A stretch of 63,302 nt of DNA, the filler included, from Trichomonas gallinae (taxonomy: Eukaryota), in NCBI GenBank assembly GCA_008369845.1. It is 4 parts of 4 records of this genome, joined end to end, with 100 filler letters (N's around TTAATTAATTAA, not from the genome) between each part and the next. Parts side by side here need not be neighbours in the genome. Positions count along the whole stretch, not along the records: positions 1 to 21,876 come from MRSU01001636.1; 3 more parts are not named here. One strand, given 5' to 3'. The notes under the pieces are model-generated. The model saw nothing but the letters and a program-made list of their open reading frames with translations. It was not told the DNA's origin and did not search any database. Positions 1-7,394 of the stretch are shown here, piece after piece; position 1 is the first letter of the stretch, and each line of letters begins with the position of its first letter. Made by a program: the position numbers and the translations under genes.

Positions 1-99
1 GCTTTGAACCAGATTAAGCAGAGATTTGTTATCGCTCCGCATGGATTTGTTGTTAAAGTTGTTGATAAGAATGGTATTACTAAGGTTGAACTCCAATAA
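1..99 (+). CDS. 3' end of 20S proteasome beta-type subunit (beta4/PSMB2/Pre1-like), partial
   Basis: Frame 1 reads ALNQIKQRFVIAPHGFVVKVVDKNGITKVELQ*, resembling the PSMB2 C-terminus (ELQKRF..F.V.IIDKNG); stop lies in TAAA. Confidence 0.7.
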   Translation, partial: ALNQIKQRFVIAPHGFVVKVVDKNGITKVELQ

Positions 100-271
100 A
101 GAATCACTTATAATTGACCAATTTTTTTTCATGTCAATTTTAATAATTTTACATGACAAAATCATAATTACATTACAAAAACTTAATTTACACGTCAAAT
201 TCTAAATTACATCGCAAAAATTTAGTTTACATTGCAAAAATCTTATCTATTTTGACATTTCGCAAGAAAAA

Positions 272-1180
272 ATGTTTTATAAACAATGGGATGAACTTTC
301 AGCGAAACTAAACAGTAGTTTTAATAGCAAGAAAGCCATCCTGGAAATTGCACAACAATTTTATGAGCTCGGGAAACGTCAAGACAGCGAAAATCCATTT
401 GAGCAAGGAATGATTGCCCTTGCAACTTTCGGTGAAATGCAATGCTATGAAAAACTCCAAGACACACAAAATACAATTCAAACAGCAATCACAGCCGCAA
501 GACTTTTTATTAAATCCGCAATTTTCAATTATGAAGTCTCTAGAACTATAAGAGATTTGTGGTCAGATCCTTTAGCAGATGGAATACACTGTTTTAGAGT
601 CGCCTGCAAAACATTAATCCAAGATAATAAACCAAATCTCGCTGTGGCAATTTTATTAGAGCTAGCAAAGACAGAATCGTATTTTGAATATCATCATTAT
701 GCTGGAAATACATACGAAGAAGCAATTCAATTATGCATCGAAAAAAATCTTCGTCCTCGCGCAATTGTAGATGCTACATTTTTATGCATTCAGTCATATG
801 TTAAAGCTGAGCGATATGATTTGGGCTTAATTGTTGTCACAAAAACAATTGAGAAGGTTTCTCAGTATTTCCTTTCTATCATATCTTCATCTCCATTGAT
901 GCGTCAGCAATTTGACTATTTGCTGATTATGCGCGGCCAGATGCTTCTTTGTAATGAGAAAAATGAAGAATGTTTGTTATTCATTAACACCAAGTTCCAA
1001 AAAACATATGCATGCATATATGAGTTCTTTGCTAAATATATTTCACACTTACAGCTCAAAAATTGGGATCAAATTGATACATTGATTTCAGATTACAAAA
1101 CTCAACATTGTTTTAATGACATACACTATGAAATATTCAGTATTTTCAAAGAACGTTCTGCAAAGAAAGATCACAATTGA
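272..1180 (+). CDS. HAP40/F8A1-like TPR/SNAP-fold protein
   Basis: 302-aa ORF. LSAKLNSSF...AQQFYELG...AARLF...DPLADG...AVAILLELA...AGNTYEEAIQL parallels recalled human HAP40 motifs (VSNKLKKRF, GEQFGQLG, AARLF, EPLQAA, AALCLELA, AGHFQRAAQL). Confidence 0.7.
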   Translation: MFYKQWDELSAKLNSSFNSKKAILEIAQQFYELGKRQDSENPFEQGMIALATFGEMQCYEKLQDTQNTIQTAITAARLFIKSAIFNYEVSRTIRDLWSDPLADGIHCFRVACKTLIQDNKPNLAVAILLELAKTESYFEYHHYAGNTYEEAIQLCIEKNLRPRAIVDATFLCIQSYVKAERYDLGLIVVTKTIEKVSQYFLSIISSSPLMRQQFDYLLIMRGQMLLCNEKNEECLLFINTKFQKTYACIYEFFAKYISHLQLKNWDQIDTLISDYKTQHCFNDIHYEIFSIFKERSAKKDHN

Positions 1181-1744
1181 AATTTTTATTTTTGTTTTTC
1201 AATTAAAGTGTTTTTTACTTTCGTTTATCTATTATGTTACACACATCTGTTCAAAAGTCCAGTATATTCTATGTTATGACTAATTATTTATGAAATATTT
1301 TATAATGAGGATTATGAAATATTTCACACATTTCTACTGATGACTTTCGCTTTATCTTAATATATTTCTGCCCGTAAACACAGAAAACTATATAATTAGG
1401 GAAATTTATTTTGTTCAAAATAATATTCAATGAGATTGGATTTTGGGTTATTTTATAGATTGTTGGAATGGTGTGTAACTTATTGTTTGATTTATTCAAT
1501 AATTCATTGAACTATTAATTTTCCAATACTCATCAATGGAAAAATACAAAATAATGATATGTCACAGCTAAATGGAGATGTATATAATTCAGATCTGAAA
1601 TAAATTCTAAACAAAATCATATTGGTTGGAACAAAAATATAGCTCAATTGGATGATGCTTTAATGTGTAGTGTATTAGTTGACTTGATATATCATAATAA
1701 GTGAAGAAATCAATAACTATTTTGACACGTAAAATTTGATATCT

Positions 1745-1912
1745 GATCGGTAAAGTATTGTATTGATTTGTAAAGTATGATTTCTGAATGTAAAGTATAA
1801 TTGTAAAGGATTTTTGACATATAAAGAACGATTTCTGATCTGTAAAATATTTTTCTGACCTGTAAAGTATGATTTCTGTTATGTAAAGTATAATTTTTGT
1901 TATGTAAAGTAG
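1745..1912 (+). repeat. Degenerate ~20-bp tandem array (TGTAAAGTATGATTTCTGA-like) upstream of Vps33
   Basis: About 8-9 recurrences of tgtaaag/tataaag/tgtaaaa cores, mostly ~20 bp apart. Confidence 0.75.
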
Positions 1913-1928
1913 ATATCGTTCGTCAGAA

Positions 1929-3683
1929 ATGTCATCAAGAGAAAATCTTTATTCTTCTTTTAATATTATAGATGAAGACGAATATATGCAATTTTTCAAG
2001 AAGCTTGGTGATGCTATACTTGTTATTCCTGAAGAAATACTATATTTCGTTAATATCGCTCTATCAAAAAATTGTTTGAGTGCTGCAAAGAAAAAAGTAA
2101 CATTAAGTGCAATAAAACCTAGTGAAGGATCAGAAACTGTTGTCATTCCATGCATTGACGATCCAATTTTACTATTGAAGATTTGCAATTTACTGGAACG
2201 CGTTCCAAATTACAAAAAATATATAGTAATGATACCAAGATACAGTCCTAGTTGTCAACAAGCATTCGAAAAGCTACCAAATCATGAAGAAATTCACATT
2301 ATAGAAATTCATGCTGAAATCATTCCAATTGCTGCTAATAAGTTCATTATTCCTGTTCCACTTGCATACAATAACTGTTTCTGCGAAGCAGACATTTCCG
2401 ATGTTTACACGATTTCTCGTGCTTTGCTTAGATTGACACTTATACACGGATTTCCTTCAAGAGTCTTTACAGCTGGCACTATTTCAAGGCGTGTTTTTGA
2501 ATTGATGCAAGATTTAAAACGAAATATCTGTCCAGACAACTCTTCGATGTATTTCCCGACGAAAGGAGCAAAATACGATGATTTGTTCATCATTGACAGG
2601 TCATGCGACAATGTAACGCCATTTATTACCCAATGCACTTATGCAGGCCGATTAGATGAAGCCTTTAATCCACAATATGGATATATGAGGCTTCCAGATG
2701 GTGTTACAATGGAAGGCTATGCTCCAGGAAGTACAATTAAGTTAGATGAAAACGATTTAGTTTACAAAGAAGTTGCGTCAATGAATGTTGCATATGCATT
2801 TGATTGGATGCGTAATTTATCTACAGAAGCAACCCAAATACAAGTTCTACTTAACAAAACACGCGGAACACCAGAATGGAGACAGCATTCTCGCAGAGCG
2901 ACTGAAATTTTAAAGATTCGTCCATTCAATGCGTTGCATTATCAGTTGTTTGACAAGATACCAATGGCACAATCATTCGTTCGCCATGCTAGAGATTTTC
3001 AATTTGATGTTGTCTTCAATAACTCGACTAATTTCGATACAATCCTTGATTTCATTCACAGGGGACGCTTCACAGATGCAATACAAATGCTGATTCTCAC
3101 AAGCGTCACTAGTGATGGAATTCCAATTTCAACACTCAAAAGATTTGAAGAACAGTTGCTTTCTCTTATTGGTTTCGATTTTGTTCGCGACTGGATTCGT
3201 TTACAAGCTGGTGGTTTGATCACACCTCGAACATTCATGAAATTCGGATCTAGATTTTCTTCTTTAATGAGAGAATTGAAGTTACTCATTGACGATGAGA
3301 AGGATCCAACCAATGACTTCTATGCTGGATATTATCCAATAACAGCGAGATTAGTTGAAGGCGCATTAAAAACTGGTTGGGGACCGTCTTCTGTTTGTGC
3401 CAAAGCTATGAAGAATTTCGATATAGAGTTGAACACATATAAGATTGATGAACAACAGCCGCCAAAAAAGAATGGAGATGGAAAACCATATCGTCGTGTT
3501 CTGGTTTTCGTTGTTGGAGGCATGACAATAACAGAAATGTCGATATTTGAAAAGATGGGACAACAGCTGTTCAATGATAATGCAGAATTCACGTACGAAT
3601 TCCATTGCGGATCAACAGATCTTATAACTGGTGCTCGCCTTGTTGAAACAATCTGCCCATCCCTCAGCAAATGCAAGCTTTGA
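1929..3683 (+). CDS. VPS33: Sec1/Munc18 family protein, Vps33-like
   Basis: 584 aa; IIDRSCDNVTPFITQCTYAGRLDE, YAGYYPITARLVE and VLVFVVGGMTITE motifs typical of Vps33. Confidence 0.85.
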   Translation: MSSRENLYSSFNIIDEDEYMQFFKKLGDAILVIPEEILYFVNIALSKNCLSAAKKKVTLSAIKPSEGSETVVIPCIDDPILLLKICNLLERVPNYKKYIVMIPRYSPSCQQAFEKLPNHEEIHIIEIHAEIIPIAANKFIIPVPLAYNNCFCEADISDVYTISRALLRLTLIHGFPSRVFTAGTISRRVFELMQDLKRNICPDNSSMYFPTKGAKYDDLFIIDRSCDNVTPFITQCTYAGRLDEAFNPQYGYMRLPDGVTMEGYAPGSTIKLDENDLVYKEVASMNVAYAFDWMRNLSTEATQIQVLLNKTRGTPEWRQHSRRATEILKIRPFNALHYQLFDKIPMAQSFVRHARDFQFDVVFNNSTNFDTILDFIHRGRFTDAIQMLILTSVTSDGIPISTLKRFEEQLLSLIGFDFVRDWIRLQAGGLITPRTFMKFGSRFSSLMRELKLLIDDEKDPTNDFYAGYYPITARLVEGALKTGWGPSSVCAKAMKNFDIELNTYKIDEQQPPKKNGDGKPYRRVLVFVVGGMTITEMSIFEKMGQQLFNDNAEFTYEFHCGSTDLITGARLVETICPSLSKCKL

Positions 3684-4184
3684 TTTTTATTGTATTATGT
3701 TTAAATTATTGTTTAGTATGTTTATTAACTTCATATTATCTAATTTATAAATTTAACAAAATATCATCATCTAATCGTAAATAGCTGTATATAGGATTGA
3801 AGAAATTAGAAATGATCAAGTCAAATGAAGTTGGAAACTGAAAGACCATTTTATGAAGCCCTAACAAAAGCTATAATGCTGTCATATATATATATTCCAG
3901 GAACTGCGAGACAAAGTTTGATAAACTCATGATGATCACTTTGTGAAGCTATAATCAAAGCTGTTAATGTCAAATTCGATTGGTTAATTGTTGGAATCTA
4001 TGGTTTCTCTGGTCTACAGTACTGAATAATTATCCAAAATCGATGGATAGATACTTTTTTTTAGCTTGTATTTGGATTTATCATTTTATACATTATCATT
4101 ATCGAGTGTGAGACAATAGTTGGATAGATATCTGTCTCAGCAATTATATATATTTTCAAATAGAAAGGAAAACAACATGGTATT

Positions 4185-5312
4185 TTACAATCTAAAGTTT
4201 TTGACATATTTAATAACTTTCGTTGGGAAAACACCCTTCTGTCCCGTAGCAAGATTATATCCATTGCACATATCATTGTATATTGAGTAAACATGGACGA
4301 TGTCACCATAGTCTAGATCAATCTGTGAAGGATTTTGGGCATCCCATTTTTTGTCGACTTCGAAATTTTCTTCGACGATTATTGCTCCATTCTCGATATC
4401 AACCAGTGGCTCAACGAATGTCATCGGGAACAAGCCTTTCCTTCCACCAGCTTCTCCTTCCCACCAGCCACTTGGGTGCTGCCTGACAATTTCCACCAGC
4501 TGGCCTCTATAGAGCGGCAAATCGTTATCATCTGCTCCGTCGAAATTGCAGAGCGCGATTGCAAAAATGCTTTTTTGCTTCGACCCGAAGCCGAGAGCTT
4601 TGGCAATCTTTTGGGTTTCTATCGCTGGCTCGTATCTCTCTGCTGATATTGCAACACAGCGTAAAGCGTCGAGAGATTTTTCAGATACAGTAATTTCGTT
4701 GTGTACAAAGTTAATAATCGAATTTTTGATGGTTGTTCTAACAGAAAAGTCGAGTTCACTAACAGAATCCATTAATTTTGGATATTGAACTTCGTGAATA
4801 TATTTTATCTTTTCTTCCTGTTCTTGCTTAATTTTTTCCAAATCATTTTCGAGCTCTTTCACCGTTCTTCGTGATTTATCACTCCTTGTAGGGGAATAAT
4901 GAAGCGCATCCAAATTTGCTTTATCTAATTGGCTTTTCGCGATGTTTAATTTCTTGTTAACTGATTTCACTGAATCGCTTATGGTGACCAGTGAGTTGCA
5001 AAAGTTGTTTTGTTCGCGTATTACATACTGCAAAAATTTATTTATTGGCGGAATAAATTGTTTTCTTAGGTTTTCGGCGATTTCTTTGTGGTGTTTGAGG
5101 ATTGCATTCATTTCGTCGAGAATGAGCGTCATTGATAATGAATTCAGCTTAATATCGGAATTTAAAAATTTCGTAATATTTTCTGTGAAAGATTCTTCCA
5201 AATCTACGCGCTTTTGTAGGTAGTCTGAGAAAATAGAAATGCCTGCAATATCATCTTTAATGACTTGCTCAAGTTTTTGACCAAGCTCGAGAAGATCGAG
5301 ATTGGCTCCCAT
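4185..5312 (-). CDS. F-BAR domain and SH3 domain protein
   Basis: N-terminal FCH-like FSDYLQKRVDLEESF plus coiled coil; SH3 ALCNFDG..DLPL..GWWEG..GLFPMTFV; second degenerate SH3. First ATG is at 5312. Confidence 0.85.
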   Translation of the reverse strand: MGANLDLLELGQKLEQVIKDDIAGISIFSDYLQKRVDLEESFTENITKFLNSDIKLNSLSMTLILDEMNAILKHHKEIAENLRKQFIPPINKFLQYVIREQNNFCNSLVTISDSVKSVNKKLNIAKSQLDKANLDALHYSPTRSDKSRRTVKELENDLEKIKQEQEEKIKYIHEVQYPKLMDSVSELDFSVRTTIKNSIINFVHNEITVSEKSLDALRCVAISAERYEPAIETQKIAKALGFGSKQKSIFAIALCNFDGADDNDLPLYRGQLVEIVRQHPSGWWEGEAGGRKGLFPMTFVEPLVDIENGAIIVEENFEVDKKWDAQNPSQIDLDYGDIVHVYSIYNDMCNGYNLATGQKGVFPTKVIKYVKNFRL

Positions 5313-5534
5313 CAAAATGACCAACACACATGAACAAAATAATTAGAATTGATGAATAGATCAGATTCGTTCATACTTAAACAAGAATATTCTCAAGATC
5401 AATCGGAATTAATTATGTGATTATAGTTTCATGAGTTGTAATCTTTTCGAATATGTCTATGTTGAGCAATTTAGTAATAATGTTATGATTAAGTCACATG
5501 AAATTTAAATAAGATTAAGATTACTTTTTACTTA

Positions 5535-5605
5535 CTTTTCTAGGCTACTCAGCTAGCAGCAGTTTGTACTGTGTCAACTGCTGTTAGAGGGATAGCCTAG
5601 AAAAG
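5535..5605. repeat. Imperfect inverted repeat / hairpin
   Basis: CTTTTCTAGGCTA...TAGCCTAGAAAAG outer arms and CTAGCAGCAGTT...AACTGCTGTTAG inner arms. Confidence 0.85.
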
Positions 5606-5859
5606 CATATATCAATTTCGAAATTCAATTACAATCAAATTAATCGACAACTGCTACTTTTTGCTTCTGATTATTCAATAAATAGACTAATTTAAGAGTT
5701 TTGCCCAAGAAACAACAGTATTTGATGTGATTTTATTCAACTTGTATCAATTTCTACAGACAAGAACATTTAATTACCCTGATGTTTAATATACAGCTTC
5801 TTAATAGTCATTGCTGTATCTGGAAATGTTTTTAGGCTCACAAATACAACTTTTGCATA

Positions 5860-5930
5860 AATGCATGTTTTTCTACCATGCGTTGCCATAATATGCATAA
5901 TATGGCAACGTATTGAAGAAAACATGCATT
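5860..5930. repeat. Imperfect inverted repeat / hairpin
   Basis: AATGCATGTTTT...AAAACATGCATT outer arms and CGTTGCCATA...TATGGCAACG inner arms. Confidence 0.85.
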
Positions 5931-6229
5931 GATTATACTAGATATTTTAATCAAGATTAATATTTTTTTTTTTTTAAATTACAGCATACAACCATCATAG
6001 GCATTAGTGCATTTAGGCAAAATATATAATGGCAGGGTTTAAAAAGTCAGATTACAAGCTGATGTTTTCTAAACAAAAATGAAACAATTTGTAAAATATC
6101 ATTTATAAATTTACCAGCAGATGGAGTATTTCGAAAATGAGGATGCTGCCAAATATCATTCTAGACAATTTTCGCATGCCCAGTCACAGAAAAGCATGCT
6201 AAAATAGTTAATAAAAATATTGAGAATCT

Positions 6230-6460
6230 GAAGTTATCAAACTCCTTCTCACAGTCCCACGAAATGAAGCTTTGATTCATGCTTCATTTCATGGTCATCA
6301 TGAGGTTCACAAACTACTTCTCACAGTTCATGGAATAGATGTAAACACAAAAGACAAATACAACAATACAGCTTTGATTTGGGCTTCACAAAATGGTCAT
6401 CATGAACCTGTCAAACTCCTTCTCACAGTTTCTGAAAAGATGTGAACACAAAAGAAATCG
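6230..6460 (+). pseudogene. Ankyrin-repeat gene fragment
   Basis: Translates EVIKLLLTVP..ALIHASFHGHHEVHKLLLTVHGIDVNTKDKYNNTALIWASQNGHHEPVKLLLTV; no start, frameshifted end; same family as 37327 and 55426 loci. Confidence 0.85.
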
Positions 6461-6764
6461 ATCAAAGTTGCAAAAACAATATCCTTTCTATCGCTTGGAA
6501 ATTAAAATTCTTCCAACCTAAGTTCCTAAAATTACATTTTGAGTCATTTTTTGACATTTTTCTCACGATTTGATTTTGTTCTGTAGTTTTAGAAACGATC
6601 TGTTCATTTGACACGTAAATAATAAATTCTGCTATTTGACACATAAATCACCATTATTTGTCATGTAATTATAAAATTTGGTGATTTAAATCAAAATTTA
6701 GCATCTATAGACATAGTTATTATTAAATACAAAATTTGGGGATTATTTTCCCTCCAGAATTTTC

Positions 6765-6800
6765 GACGGTTTTGTAAACTTGCGCCTTTGGTCGGCCTTT
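6765..6800 (+). promoter_or_regulatory. M3 (GACGGTT) plus two M5 (CCTTT) core-promoter motifs
   Basis: GACGGTT at 6765 and CCTTT at 6785 and 6796, just upstream of the RPL38 ATG; this architecture is known for T. vaginalis ribosomal-protein genes. Confidence 0.7.
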
Positions 6801-6809
6801 TCAAGAGAG

Positions 6810-7034
6810 ATGCCAAAGCAGGTCACCACTCCAAAGGAATTCCTTGCTCTCGCTGCACGCTCTGATGCCAAGTGGGTCAAGGTAAAGAAGGTCAACGATG
6901 ACAACACAAAGTTTAAACTCCGCACAACAAAGTATCTCTATACTCTCTCTGTCAAGCCAAAGTTCGTCGAGCTTGTCCAGAACTCAATCCCAGAGGCTCT
7001 CGAAGTCATCGTTCTTGATAAGAAGAGCGAATAA
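6810..7034 (+). CDS. RPL38: 60S ribosomal protein eL38
   Basis: MPKQV...EFL..A.R.DAK.VKVKK....TKFKLRTTKYLYTL signature; ATG at 6810. Confidence 0.95.
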   Translation: MPKQVTTPKEFLALAARSDAKWVKVKKVNDDNTKFKLRTTKYLYTLSVKPKFVELVQNSIPEALEVIVLDKKSE

Positions 7035-7394
7035 ATCCTTTATTTTGGAAAAAATGTATCATAATAACAAACATACAAAACAAATGCAAGAAATCGAGAA
7101 TTTCAATCCAGATGTAAATACATATAAAACTTTTTCTGTGAAATTATTTTAAATCAAAAATGTATTAAATCTGGATCTAGAAACTCTGAAGATTATGTGC
7201 GTTGTACTTGTTTGTTATTTCAATTTTTACTTAATATCTAGCCTATACCCTATAATTTGAAAATATTTTTCATTATCAATGTTTTTTCACCAATAAGGAA
7301 AAATATATAATATTTCGCGTTAAATTATAATACCTAACAAATATCTTTAACTAAAATACAAATAACATATAAAATAATATAATACATAACAAAA

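Noticed and set aside
97..100. Stop codons embedded in TAAA (also 7032, 11974, 17223, 18465, 45970, 52162)
   Set aside because: Matches the already described Trichomonas UAAA polyadenylation signal; not novel.
1745..1912. Possible CRISPR-like array
   Set aside because: Degenerate short units without unique spacers, no cas genes, eukaryotic context.
6780..6809. TTG/GTG start extensions in the ORF track (also 5327, 10460, 16056, 27956, 29905, 35138, 54308)
   Set aside because: Eukaryotic genes; the first ATG downstream of Inr/M5-like motifs was used instead.
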